64,000 nt of DNA from Dendrobates tinctorius. Taxonomy: Eukaryota. Of the stretch, positions 1-12,510 are shown piece by piece. Under the pieces are notes generated by a model. The model had not been told where the DNA came from and searched no databases. It was given only the letters and a program-made list of their open reading frames with translations. Numbering within the stretch: the first letter of the stretch is position 1; the number at the start of each line of letters is the position of its first letter. The DNA lies in contig NW_027361850.1 of NCBI RefSeq assembly GCF_039654945.1, forward strand, positions 6,510,001 through 6,574,000. Direction: 5' to 3'. The position numbers were made by a program, and so were the translations under genes.

Positions 1-680
1 GGTTTACCAGTCTCCGGCTGTATTGTACAGTTGATAAGACTTGTGTAAACAGGGTATTACATGACCACCGATAGGTAAAGATTTACCGGTCTGTAGTTGT
101 ATTGTACAGTTGGTCGCACATGTGCAAACAGTGTATTACATGCCCGCCGATAGATAAAGGTTTACCGGTCTCAGTTGTATTGTACAGTTGATCAGACTTG
201 TGTAAACAGGGTATTACAAGACCACCGATAGGTAAAGGTTTACCGGTCTGCAGTTGTATTGTACAGTTGGTCGGACTTGTGTAAACAGGGTATTACATGA
301 CCACCGATAGGTAAAGGTTTACCGTTCTGCAGTTGTATTGTACAGTTGGTCGGACTTGTGTAAACAGGGTATTACATGCCCGCCGATAGATAAAGGTTTA
401 CCGGTCTGCAGTTGTATTGTACAGTTGGTCGGACTTGTGTAAACAGGGTATTACATGACCACCGATAGGTAAAGGTTTACCGGTCTGCAGTTGTATTGTA
501 CAGTTGGTCGGACTTGTGTAAACAGGGTATTAAACGACCACTGATAGGTAAAGATTTACCAGTCTGTAGTTGTATTGTACAGTTGATTGGGCTTGTGTAA
601 ACAGGATGTTAAACGACAGCCAATAGGAAAAGGTTTACCGATCTGTGGTTGTATTGTACAGTTTGTCGGGCTTGTGTAAA
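1..680. repeat. 79-bp tandem minisatellite, about 8.5 units, running off the left edge of the window
   Basis: Unit ggtttaccggtctgcagttgtattgtacagttggtcggacttgtgtaaacagggtattacatgaccaccgataggtaaa recurs at 1, 80, 159 and onward. Confidence 0.95.
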
Positions 681-681
681 C

Positions 682-1390
682 TGTCATGATCCATGCTGGA
701 TCATGACAGATAAAATGCACTAGTAACCTTTTTTTTTTCCTTAAGCTGGTGGTTTCAGTTCTAGTTTTGCCCCCGGTGGCCGTTAGGGTCATTGCACTTG
801 ATGTTTTCTTTGCTTTACCTTTTGCCCCCGGTGGTCACTGGGATTATAGCTGCCTTTGGCCCCTGATCATTTGACCATTCCCTTTTCCTATATAGGGTCA
901 CATGGTCTATGAGCAGGTGATGGTGATAGCGTCTTTTTGGGATTCCAACCACGGTGAAGGGAGCAGCTGGCTGAGGTGGGAAGCCACTGCAGAAACCTGG
1001 TGAAGTTAGCAGCTGACTTGAAGGTTGGAGTCACTGCTGAAACTGGTGTTGAACTCTGGCTGCCCAGTGTCCGCAGCAGAGTGAGATGGTGAAGGTGGCA
1101 GCTGGCTCTGAGGTGTCGAGCAACTGCGAAAAGTTAATCTGGTGATGCACTCTGCTGCCTGGTGCTGCAGCAGAGCAAGATAAGTCTTTTTGGTGTTTCC
1201 CCTGTTTGTATTTTTCCCTGGTGTGTATTAGTACAGCAGTGGGGCCAGTGCCTGCACCACCCAGCTCCCTAGCAAGGGATAGGTGTAGGGTGTGCTAGGG
1301 TGACAGGTATCCTGATTGGCGCCCGATGCGGAACCGGCATAGGGAACGTTAGGAGTGTGAGGGACAATGACTCAGGGGAGTGCAGGAGGT
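682..1390 (+). mobile_element. Probable degenerate LTR fragment
   Basis: Starts tgtcatgatc, has a TATA-like cctatatatag near 887 and internal short repeats. Ends not resolved. Confidence 0.3.
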
Positions 1391-1394
1391 CTCC

Positions 1395-1778
1395 ACCAGC
1401 AATATCGCTGTGTGTGACATGGATCAGCAACCGACCCCCCTGCTGGGTATCGCTGATCGCGCTCGAACGTCCTGAGCCATTTTTTGATCGTTGTTCTCCC
1501 GCTGGCCAGCACGCATCGCTGCGTGTGGCAGCGAGAGACCAGCGATCAGCGACGCTGGAGGCTGGTTTCCAATGTAAACAATGGGTCTCTAAGACCCACG
1601 CGGCTCTTGGTTACCCGCTGTTTACCTTGGAAACCAGCGTGCACAGCGTGGTCCTGATCGCTGGAGGGGCTGTCTATGTGACAGCTCACCAGCGATTAGC
1701 CTAACTATGTCCCAACGATCCCATCCATGTCGGATCATTGGTGGGATCGCTGGGACATCATTATGTGTGACGGGGCCT
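1395..1778. mobile_element. Partial PIF/Harbinger-type MITE
   Basis: Right end gtgtgacggggcct+taa and atcgct-rich body match the MITE at 39902-40427. Confidence 0.6.
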
Positions 1779-1849
1779 TAAGGCTTTTCTAAATAAAAGA
1801 TAATTTTTTCTACACCCTATCGACTTGCGATCCCTATTTGGTAAGTTAA

Positions 1850-2256
1850 AGAGGTTGTACGGGAGGTTTTTTTTTTTATAGATGGTCTATCCTTAGCATA
1901 GGTCATCAATATCTGACCAATAGGGGTGCAACCCGGCACCCTCGTATGTTCCCGTTGCTGGTGGCAATCAGATTTGTTCAGTTGCGGAGCTGTACTACAC
2001 AGCTCCGTTAACGACTTAGTGGCCACGACCAGGTACTGCACATCCACCCCTTATCCAAGTCCATATGGGGCAGATGTGCCATACCTGGCTGCGGCCATTA
2101 TGTAGTTGACATTGCTGTGTAGTTCAACTAAGAACATCCGGCCGGCACCAGGAACAGCTGATTGGTGAAGGTGCCAGTTGTTGCACCCCCACCGATCAGA
2201 TATTATTGATCTATTGTAAGGACAGGTCATCAGTATAAAAGTCCCAGACAAGCGCT
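1850..2256. mobile_element. Kolobok/T2-type MITE
   Basis: ttaa-agaggttgtac ... gacaagcgct-ttaa termini with imperfect inverted arms. Confidence 0.55.
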
Positions 2257-2491
2257 TTAAGCATCTCCAGATGCCTTCATTGTAGTAAAGCGACACAACT
2301 GGGTCAGGATTTAACCCACATTGCTGGTGCATTTAACAAACCTGAAAGCCATTTTGAATCTTGTTACTTATTTGCACAAAACTGAAATATTTAGTGTAAA
2401 CTCATAACTGACTGTTCCTATGTTATATTGGGAGCGGTTTATGGGTTGTCCTACATCAGAATACAGCATATGGACTTATATTGTTACTGAC

Positions 2492-2639
2492 CTGAACTGA
2501 ACGGGCGACATTAAATGTTTCCTCCATGTCAGGTATTTCCAAATGAATAACCCGCAGATCCTTACACTTCAGAGTGACAGTTCCTGAGCTTGACCTTCCT
2601 TCTCCATCTTTGCTCTTCAACATGCCCATGTTTTGAACA
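2492..2639 (-). CDS. MTMR9L: MTMR9-like gene, coding exon 2
   Basis: Not in the ORF track. Reverse strand reads ttttcag|T GTT CAA ... GTT CAG|gtcagt, giving (S)VQNMGMLKSKDGEGRSSSGTVTLKCKDLRVIHLEIPDMEETFNVARSVQ. This matches MTMR9 GTIIIKCKDFRIIQLDIPGMEECLNIASSIE. The 148-nt length is phase-compatible with exon 1. Confidence 0.9.
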
Positions 2640-3072
2640 CTGAAAATGAATGAAAGGATTAGTCCTGCTCATGTCCGGATCCAGAGATTAGAGGGGCAAA
2701 TGACGACACATTCATTGAAAGGGCGCTTGCGCAGTCAGCAGGTATCATGCATCTGTCCCGTTGTAGGGCAGTAAAAGGACGTCCTTGGAGAACTAGAATA
2801 GTTAGAGGGCTGCAAGAGTTGATTGTAGACCAGCACTCGGCAATGTCATAAAAACATTTTCAGAACAAAAACTAGAACGGTACTCAATACATAGTATAAT
2901 AAAAACACCTGTTTATTTTCTTTGCATGAGCGAGGTATACAAAAAGAACAATATCCAGCATGTCAGTAGTAGTGATGAGCGAATGTGCCTAACAAGCAGG
3001 CAATCCCCCATGCCGCAATGCCCAGCCTGATTACAGGTCTAGTAATAACTAATAGCCTCATATATAGCATTT

Positions 3073-3486
3073 AGGGCTCAAGTGTATTTTCTGTCTCAGT
3101 GTGATCAGACAAAACAGTGGATCGCACTTGGACCAATGTTAGTCTATGGGGTAGTGCCCATGTCTGATTTTTTTCCTCAGACAGAGTCTGTCTGAATAAA
3201 AAATTACTACATGCCCGATCCAATATCTGGATCGCACTAGGCCATGCAAGTCGGTAGAAACCATCAGACTGCACTCAGATGACATCTGAGTGCAGTCTGA
3301 GTTCCATGGACTGACAGAATGGAGAAGATGGAGACAATTTTTTCTCTATCTTCTCATCCAAGATAATTGGATCACACTATGCTCACACTCTGATCATACT
3401 CTGATCACACTTTGATCAGAGTGTCATTTGCATAATCAACCCGATTGTTTTGGATGAGAGAATATACAGTTGCTTGCACCTGACCT
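3073..3486. mobile_element. Harbinger-like MITE, degenerate
   Basis: tta-ggg ... cc-taa ends and internal palindrome (tcagactgcactcagatg/catctgagtgcagtctga). Confidence 0.45.
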
Positions 3487-3614
3487 AAGGCTTTTAGTTC
3501 AGATCAGCAGACCCGCCATTGAGCCAGTCAATGTCCCTGCAACATGGATATGAAAATGCAGTAATATGAATGCACTATTAGCAGAAGATATCTCTAGTCA
3601 GTATTGAAGGACTA

Positions 3615-5165
3615 CACTGGGTGCAGAATTATTAGGCAAATGAGTATTTTGATCACTTCATCCTTTTTATACATGTTGTCCTACTCCAAGCTGTATAGGC
3701 TTGAAAGCCAACTGCCAATTATGTAAATCAGGTGATTTGCATCTCTGTAATGAGGAGGGGTGTGGTCTAATGACATCAACACCCTATATAAGGTGTGCTT
3801 AATTATTAGGCAACTTCCTTTCCTTTGGCAAAATGGGTCCGAAGAAAGATTTGACAGACTCTGAAAAGTCAAAAATTGTGAGATGTCTTGCAGAGGGATG
3901 CAGCAGTCTTGAAGTTGCCAAACTTTTGAAGTGTGATCACCGAACAATCAAGCGTTTCATGGCAAATATCCAACAGGGTCACAAGAAACGTGTTGATAAA
4001 AAAGGCGCAAAATAACTGCCCATGAATTGAGGAAAATCAAGCGTGAAGCTGCCAAGATGACATTTGCCACCAGTTTTGCCATATTTCAGAGCTGCAATGT
4101 GACTGGAGTATCAAATAGCACAAGGTGAGCCATACTCGGGTACATGGCCAAGGTAAGGAAGGCTGGAAAACGACCACCTTTCAACAAGAAACATAAGATA
4201 AAACGTCAAGACTGGGCCAAGAAATATCTTAAGACTGATTTTTCTAAGGTTTTATGGACTGATGAAATGAGAGCGACTCTTGATGGCACAGATGGATGGG
4301 CTCAAAGCTGGATCAGTAAAGGGCAGAGAGCTCCACTCCGACTCAGACGCCAGCAAGGTGGAGGTGAGGTACTGGTATGGGCTGGTATCATCGAAGATGA
4401 ACTTGTGGGACATTTTCGGGTTGAGGATGGAGTGAAGCTCAACTCCCAGACCTACTGCCAGTTTCTGGAAGACACCTTCTTCAAGCAGTGGTACAGGAAG
4501 AAGTCGGTATCATTCAAGAAAAACATGATTTTCATGCAGGACAATGCTCCATCACATGCATCCAAATACTCCACAGCGTGGCTGGCCAGTAAAGGTCTAA
4601 AAGAAGAAAAAATAATGACATGGCCCCCTTGTTCACCTGATCTGAACCCCATAGAGAACCTGTGGTCCTTCATAAAATGTGAGATCTACAGGGAGTAAAA
4701 ACATTACACCTCTCCGAACAGTGTCTGGGAGGCTGTGGTGGCTGCGGCACGCAATGTTGATCGTAAACAGATCAAGCAACTGACAGAATCTATGGATGGA
4801 AGGCTTTTGAGTGTCATCGTAAAGAAAGGCGGCTATATTGGTCACTGATTTTTTTTGTTTTTGAATGTCAGAAATGTTTATTTCTAAATTTTGTGTTGCT
4901 CTATTGGTTTACGTGGTGAAAATAAACAAGTGAGATGGGTATATATTTGTTTTTTCTTAAGTTGCCTAATAATTCTGCACAGTAATAGTTACCTGCACAA
5001 ACAGATATCCTCCTAAGATAGCCAAATCTAAAAAAAACCCACTTCAACTTCCAAAAATATTAAGCTTTGATATTTATGAGTCTTTTGGGTTGAGAACATA
5101 GTTGTTATTCAATAATAAAAAGAATCCTCTCAAGTACAACTTGTCTAATAATTCTGCACACGGTG
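3615..5165 (+). mobile_element. Tc1/mariner transposon with disrupted DD34E transposase (about 3833-4848), in intron 1 of the MTMR9-like gene
   Basis: TA-cactgggtgcagaattattaggcaa ... ttgtctaataattctgcacacggtg-TA. Motifs WTDE, QDNA and SPDLNPIEN; frameshift and stop present. Confidence 0.95.
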
Positions 5166-5524
5166 TACTTACACATAGGCTTCATCTCCAGCATGTCATA
5201 CAATCTATGCCTATCATATGTTTATATAATAAGGGATAACATTACAAATGAATTCTTCTAGTGCAGCATTCTGTGCATCCGACTACAGGTGAGCTGTATG
5301 TTATATAGCATAATGCATATTGTATAAATTTACATTTTTTTCTACATTCTTATATACAAGAACATAATGAATTGAACAAATAATTAATGACATTTCCCCT
5401 TATCCCTTAAAATCAGACAGTTTGCAGAAATATAATACAGTCCTGACATATGGTAGTAACAGTATTACAAACACAGAATGCCCAGCTTTTCCATCTGTAC
5501 AGCATTGCGTTTTGATGTTTTTAC

Positions 5525-5721
5525 CTCTTCTCCACTGAGTCCACAGCGCAATGCAGAAGCCATAGTTCACACTTTTCCTTTTTTGTGCCCTCTACCGGAT
5601 GGGCAGAGAGTATCAGGTGATGGCTGCTCACACAGAGGGTCCCAGTCACAGGAGGCGTTAGGGGGCAGCATACTCGTACATTCTCCACTTGAGAACTCTG
5701 TATAAGATGCGACAGCTCCAT
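5525..5721 (-). CDS. MTMR9L: MTMR9-like gene, first coding exon (PH-GRAM N-terminus)
   Basis: MELSHLIQSSQVENVRVCCPLTPPVTGTLCVSSHHLILS...ELWLLHCAVDSVEK aligns with MTMR9 MEFAELIKTPRVDNV...GTLCLTGHHLILS...ELWLLHSNIDAIDK. Donor AG|gtaa at 5524. Lies next to FAM167B, like human MTMR9LP. Confidence 0.9.
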
Positions 5722-6926
5722 CCGGTATCAGACAGGCACACTACAACTCTGCCTATATACCACTCAGCAATGAGGCAGCAGACCCCCCACTCCAGAGTAT
5801 TGGAGGGTTACAAAGGAATGCCTAAAATGTACAGTGATACAAGACTGATGCTTACAATCGAGTGACACAATATCCTTTGCCAATGCTTAATGACATATTT
5901 CACTTAAACTATGCAACCGCCTGTAACCACTGCAGCGCTGAAGAGGGTGGAAAGTTACTGCTTGTAAGAAGGAAGTTGAGGTTTTCTTGACACAAATGTG
6001 AAAAGCTTACACGATAACCCTCTCCGATTGCTAGATATTGTCATACCGTAACCATTTATATGCACAGTATCGCAGTAAAACGACCCGCAAAAATTGATGA
6101 ATCCAAAGCCTATTTATGCATTCAGTCAATGCTTCGGGTTTTACATTTTATGTTAAAAATGGATCACTAAATAAGTTGACAAGGATCACAAAATTTATTT
6201 TCTGAACATATTCTTTACCAATAGAAGGCCAGACGTATTACCAGGCAGAGCTAGCTGTCGAGAGTGGAGATGTTTCCGAACAAAACAAAAAAACTTTTTC
6301 TAAGCTTGGATCTTCCCTTTAATAAACTCGGGAAAATGCGGTGCAACCACATGACTATGATGGACGGTGAGGTGAGGCTTCCTGCATACACTGACCTTTC
6401 GATACTGAACCTGATTCCGTACACTTGGAGTTGAGTTTGTGCTACTATTTTTTACCGATAGGCCATCACTGACGCCGTCTGACACTTGGCTATGCATCGA
6501 TAGAGCTATAGTTATGCCAAAAATCTTTTTGAGGTTGTTTTGACCACCATTTATCTTCTGTCTATATTCAGCTGTATTCTGGCCATAAGTGATTTTTTTC
6601 ACAATTATTTTTCCTCAGATTGAGGGCTGCTTGTAAATTCTATAAATGAACTTCCCACTAAAATAGATACTTGTGTTGCATTTTCTGTGCACTTGAAATG
6701 CCAGTTCCTCTCTCGAAAGAGAAGAAACGCTAAAACATGGTCTTCTTGGAGCTGCTCCAATTCTTTTGAAAAAAAACTGCTGCTTTATGGCTATGTTCAC
6801 ACCACATCTATATCCTCAGAAGGAGGATGCTGTTACACACGGCTGAGCTCTTGATGTGTGTGATGAAACTGGACACAGCTCCGAAGTTGGTCTGTCACAA
6901 AGACAAAAACTGGCTGTGACCCGATC

Positions 6927-7238
6927 CTTTCACAACTAATTCAGGACCCAACAAGGGGGGGGGGGCACTGCTAGACCTAATATTAACCAACAGGCCAGAC
7001 CGCATATCAAATGTAAGGGTTGGGGGCCACTTGGGTAATAGTGATCACAAAATAATAAGTTTTCATGTATCCTTTAATAAGATGTTTACATTAGAAGAGG
7101 GGTTACAAGGACACTAAACTTCAGGAAGGCAAATTTCCAACGGGATGAGAGATGATCTTGGTGCAATTAACTGGGACGATATCCTGAGACATAAAAATAC
7201 ACAAAGAAAATGGGAGACGTTTATTAGCATCCTGAATA
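6927..7238 (+). mobile_element. CR1 LINE ORF2 fragment (end of endonuclease domain)
   Basis: Translates to QLIQDPTRGG.LLDLILTNRPDRISNVRVGGHLGNSDH...TLNFRKANF...INWDDIL. Confidence 0.8.
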
Positions 7239-8026
7239 GCCATCGCACAAGCGGGGGCGCCATTCTTGTATTTCTTAGGGTGCCAACCTCCGCACCTAGG
7301 TAGGTGTTCAGATAGTCATTTTGTATAGGGCCAGGTCACTCTTTTCTTCACATCGGCTGAGTGAAATTGTTATCAGATGGTAGCACGTATTATCAATTTT
7401 TATACAGCTTCTTTATGTCCATTTCCCTTTTTTTCCGTTTTTTGAGGTTTTTGGGCTATAATAGTATTTTGCAGTTTTGAACTGCTTGGATTCAGGTTTT
7501 TCTGACCATATGATTGGATTGGCAGATTTAGCTGGTTAGATTTGGTTTAACTGTTATACCTTATCTCTTTCCAGCAATACAATAAAAATAGCCCGTTTTT
7601 TACTAGGCTTTATAATAGGGGACATCTGTGCAATTTTATATTGTTATTTTTGTACTTAATAAAAGTTATATTTCAGTTAGGCAGTTAACAGCCACCTTGT
7701 ACTTTGTAAAGCTACTTCAGAAGCTCTATCATATAATGGCACATGAACTTAAAAATAAATACTTGATTCCCTTGATAGCAAATACTAGGCTTGAGTGGAT
7801 TCTATAGTACCCATAAGTGTTTGAATATCTCTAACACTCTGCTATGTATTAACATTCCTTTATCAAAATATTACTCATAATAAACATCAAAAACCAAGAG
7901 AAAAAGTTCCTGTCATATTCTGGTATTTTACTGGCTAACACAAAATTACCATCACTTATTATTTTTCCTTATGCAGGCAAAAGTATGACCCTGATTGTTA
8001 CTTTTTCTATGTTTCAAGGAACTAAA

Positions 8027-8482
8027 TGTTAGAAGTAAAGAGTACCAAAGTGATAAAGAAGAGTTAATGGTTTGCTTTTATATCCCTTTAATTGCCTTTA
8101 AGACTTCAATTGCCTTTTGCCTATTATTGCTAGAATTATTCTTATGTAGACTATTAGTCTCTGTTTTCAAGGAAACTATACTTGTTATATTTGTTCTCAA
8201 TAGTCAGTAACAACATGTTCTGGGTACATTGTAAACATGTTGTAACCCTGAAGGTGATGGTGGGGGCCACATGAGCTCCATCGAATTACATATTGTTGTA
8301 AATGGTATAAAAGATTGCCTTGTATTTCATTACGTCAGATAAAGTGATTTGACCACGACTCGTGTGTGTTGAGTCTCTTTGTCTCCAAGCGCTTGTGAAC
8401 AGAAGGGCGAAAACTCTTAATCCGGCCTCACTGGTGATCTGGCATATCTGAGGCTTGGTCAGAACAAAAAGCAGCTACAACA
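8027..8482 (+). mobile_element. Putative 5' LTR of the ERV
   Basis: Ends in ...ctacaaCA just before the PBS; TATA-like ggtataaaag near 8305. The 5' start is a guess. Confidence 0.5.
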
Positions 8483-8487
8483 GTTTT

Positions 8488-8505
8488 TGACGCCCAATGG
8501 GGACC
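8488..8505 (+). promoter_or_regulatory. Degenerate tRNA-Lys primer binding site
   Basis: tgacgcccaatggggacc resembles the Lys PBS sequences TGGCGCCCAACGTGGGGC and TGGCGCCCGAACAGGGAC. Confidence 0.6.
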
Positions 8506-8792
8506 GTGGAAACCAGCCTATTTGGAATCCGTATGTGGGAGTTTCCTGGGAGGTTGAATATTCAAAATCCAGGCTGCAGCAGGTGAGAACATTTATTCTT
8601 ACACTGATTTTGCGTTTGCAACCTCTCTAAGGATGCCTACATATCTCTGGGTAAGACTGTACAACACGGTTCAAAAGAACCCACATCACCAGTGAGCGGT
8701 GAGTATGTCCGTATGAGAGTTGAATAATAGAGTAATAAGATAATAATTGTCATCTGTATTATCTGTCAATCTGTTCTGGCAATATACTAATA

Positions 8793-9602
8793 CTAGCTGA
8801 AGAGCCCGGCGCTGCCCGGGCATAGTAACTAACTGTGGTTAGTTATAGCAAATTATAATTATCCTCCATCCCATAGTCCCGTGCCCATATACCCATTATA
8901 CATATCCACGATCCCATAGGCCCGTGCCTATATACCCATCATACATATCCTCCACCTCCATCCCATTGTCGAGTGCCCATATACCCATCACACATCCTCC
9001 ATCCCATAGTCCCAAGCCCATATACCCATCATACATCCTCCATCCCATAGTCCCATGTCCATATACCCATCATACATATCCTCCATCCCATAGTCCCGTG
9101 CCCATATACCCGTCATACATATCCTCCATCCCATAGTCCAATGCCCATATACCCATCACACATCCTCCATCCCATAGTCCCGTGCCCATATAACCGTCAT
9201 ACATATCCTCCATCCCATAGTCCAGTGCCCATATACCCATCACACATCCTCCATCCCATAGTCAACCATTATGACATCATAATGAGCGGCGGGGCTTGCA
9301 ACCTATGATGACATCAGCGTCGCCATGGCAACCATTATGACATCATAATGAGGGGCAGGGCTTGATACACACACACTTTTTCCCCATTATGTAGATAGGG
9401 GCAAAATTGTTTGGTGAATTGGAACGCACGGGGTTAAAATTTTACCTCACAACATAGCCTATGACGCTCTCGGGGTCCAGTCGGGTGACTGTGCCAAATT
9501 TTGTGGCTGTAGCTGTGACGGTGCGGATGCCAATCCCGGACATACACACATACATACATACATACATACATACACACACACACTTGAGCTTTATATATTA
9601 GA
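8793..9602 (-). mobile_element. Non-autonomous Helitron in the ERV leader
   Basis: Reverse strand: A|TCtaatatataaag ... hairpin cccgggcagcgccggg ... CTAG|T. No TSD. Confidence 0.8.
8860..9263. repeat. About 40-bp minisatellite inside the Helitron
   Basis: Unit atcctccatcccatagtcccgtgcccatatacccatcatacat, about 10 copies. Confidence 0.9.
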
Positions 9603-11370
9603 TACTAACTGGTGTACTGTGTAGCACAGAGCCTGGGATAGACTCCGTGCAGTGTGATTTTGGATTGGCAGTAAATCATATGAGGCTGTATTTTGTATAG
9701 GGCTGGGGTTTTGGGATGTTTTGGTCTTTGTTGATTCTTGTTGTTTAAGAAGTTGGCTTTGGTGTTTTCAGAGTGTCAGTGGACACTGCTGTAGGTTAAG
9801 GTGTCAAATCCAAAGTGCAAAATAGGCAGGCTGTGTGAATCCTTGTATGTATGTCTATGAGAACCTCTGAATGAGATGAGAGAGGAGTAATTGAGTATAA
9901 GGGATTTTTGTTATCTTCCCTTTGTAAAATCAAATGACCACTGAAAAGTGAAAGAGAAGGAAAAAAAAAGAAAAGAAAAATCCCTGAATGACCACGTATG
10001 AATGAATCATCACACATCATTTTGTGTCAAGAGATTATTACCTTTCATTATACAGTTATCTGCTCTTACAGTGAAATCCTGTGATTTTGAGGGTGTTTGT
10101 AGAAATTGAGTTTAATTAAGTCTAAAGAGCTACGGCATTCTGTCACTTTATGAAGGACACTACATTCTGATGGGAGGGGGAATGATGCCGCTGCACGGTT
10201 TCCTCTAGTCTTATCTCTGCTGCGCTCAAGATTCTCTGTGGTTCTGAAATGCTCGCTATTAGATTTGAGCATTTTAAAGCAACAGTACTTAATTGAAGTG
10301 GAATTAAATTTTGTAAGTTAAAGTTGAAAGTAAAATATGGTGCCTAATTTAGAAGGAAATTGTAAGTGATTGTTTGGTCATTAATGTGTTTGAACCTGCT
10401 TCTAGTTGTGTGATTTGTATAGCAAATTGTGGATCAACAAAGGAGGTAGCCGACTGTATGGCTGATAAAGTGGGTTAGATGCCTATCACACCTGGGCCTT
10501 CTTACTTTAGTCAGCGGGTTTTTTGTTGTGGGTGAGAGGCGAAGGCAAGAAGCCTTCTGGATACACCTTGGCAGGCTCACTCTGATTTGCTATGTGTGAG
10601 CTGTAAGACAGAGGTCCAGACACACATAAGGGCATTTCAGAAGAAAGATGAGCTGTCTAAGTTGAAGCAGCCTTCCCACAATCCATGGAGCTGGGCTGGA
10701 AGGAAAAAGGCCTATTCCTATTCTAGCCAGCTGATCTAACGGGTGAGAGGCAGAGAGCCTTCTCGTTACATCCTGTAGGTCTACTGGGTGAGAGGCAAGG
10801 AGCCTTCCCGCTACACCTTGGCAGGTTCACTCAGACTTGCTATGTGTGGGCTGTAAGACAGAGGTCCAGACACACAGAAGGGCATTTCGGAAGAAAGATG
10901 AGCTGTCGGCAGAGGTAGGTTGAAGCCATGGGCAACTTTTTCTGTGTACAGTCGGTGCCCCCAATGGGATCCGGGACAGCTATGCAAATTGAAAAAGACA
11001 GAGAAGAAAGGAAGCAGTAAAACAAGTGGGACCAATATTGAAAAAGGCAAAAATACCAGAGTGTGAATGCTTGGATGTACAAAAAGGCACAGACAAGGGA
11101 AGAAAATAAAAAGTGAATAAATGATGTCTGAGAATGTGCAGCAGTATGGAAGGTGTATTATGAATGTTTTGATTGACAAAATTTAACCAGAGACCCAGAC
11201 AAAACAGATGGACTTGTAAACACTGTGATCAGACTCAGACAAACCCAGACTAAATAGCTACTTGTGTGACCTGTGCTACTGACTTAAGCGAGTTGTGCTA
11301 AATCCTGTCCAGACAAGATCATATGTAGTGACATAATAGTGTGGATAGTGGGTAGTGGGGACATTGACTT

Positions 11371-12510
11371 TTGAGGAGTAAGCTGACAGTAGACATCAGA
11401 CGACCAACCACATCAGGACCTAGAAGGGCGACTAGAATAAGAAAGATGCAGGTGTATTGTCCCTGGAGCCCCTCTGACCAGCTAGCTTTGTTGAAGCAGT
11501 TGCCTGACCCTGAAGACCAACTATTCCGGTTTTACAGACACATAAAGGAAGCACAGCAGACATATAAGTGTACCAGGGCAGACCTAGAGAGGTTGGTGAG
11601 TTTAAAGGCAGGTGACGCACTAGGACATATAATTAAGACACATACAGATGTGGCAAAGAATCAGGCTTGGGGCATGGATGATAAATCTGCACAGTCTGGG
11701 GAGACGTACTGTGAGTCACTAAAACAGTGGGCTACAATGGAACAATCAGAGCAGTCTGTACTCCTGACTAACGTGACACAGCAAAGAGGAGAGAGTGTAG
11801 AGATGTACTTTGGACAGTTACAGCTGAAATGGGCAGACATGGGGTACATTTGCATAAACCCACTTGATATTAGAATATTGGTGAATGCATTCATTGACGG
11901 TATGAACAAAGACTTACGAGACGCAGTACAGACAGCCAGACCTGAATGGAGATATGTAGATCTGAAAGACCTCCTTAGGGCACCGTTACACTAAGCGATG
12001 CACCAGCGATCCCGACAACGATATGGATCGCTGGTGCATCGCTAAGTGGTCGCTAGTGAGCTGCCACACAGGCAGATCTCACCAGCGACATAGCAGCGGT
12101 CGGGGGTCGTTACTTACCTGTCAGACGCGGCGATCCTGACGTCCTCCCGCCCCGTCCACGCGTCGCTCGTCGGCACCACAGGAAGCCCAGCAGGAAGCAC
12201 CCAACGAGAAATGGTCCAGGACATTCTTGTGCGATCAGCGATAATCAGCGGGGGAGCCGGTCGGAGGTAAGTATCAGACATAGCGATATCGCTAGCAATA
12301 TCGCTGCTACGTCACAAAACCAGTGACGTTACAGCGATATTGCTAGCGATCTCGCTGTATGTAACGGGGGCTTTAAGGTAGCTAAAGTAGTTGAGCAAAC
12401 AAGGACGATAAGACAACCTGTCATGTATGCTGGAGCACAAGGAAACTGGAGACGTAATGCGGGACCAAGGGACCTAGAAACAGTGAGGTGTTGGAATTGT
12501 GGTACTTACA
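11371..12510 (+). pseudogene. gag: ERV gag (capsid and start of nucleocapsid)
   Basis: VYCPWSPSD..LPDP and MHR-like VTQQRGESVEMYF. After removing the MITE the frame continues DLL-KVAKVVEQ...VRCWNCG. Confidence 0.8.
11978..12372. mobile_element. PIF/Harbinger MITE inserted in gag
   Basis: TTA TSD (11975-77 and 12373-75) with TIRs gggcaccgttac/gtaacgggggct. Removal restores the gag frame. Confidence 0.8.

Noticed and set aside
1-680. CRISPR-like regular repeats
   Set aside because: Whole units repeat with no unique spacers, there are no cas genes, and the context is eukaryotic.
5521-5524. Stop codon ending the 66-aa MTMR9-like ORF
   Set aside because: It is part of the intron donor gtaa; the frame continues in exon 2.
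6300-6800. Short minus-strand ORFs upstream of the MTMR9-like gene
   Set aside because: No recognisable motif or convincing splice context.
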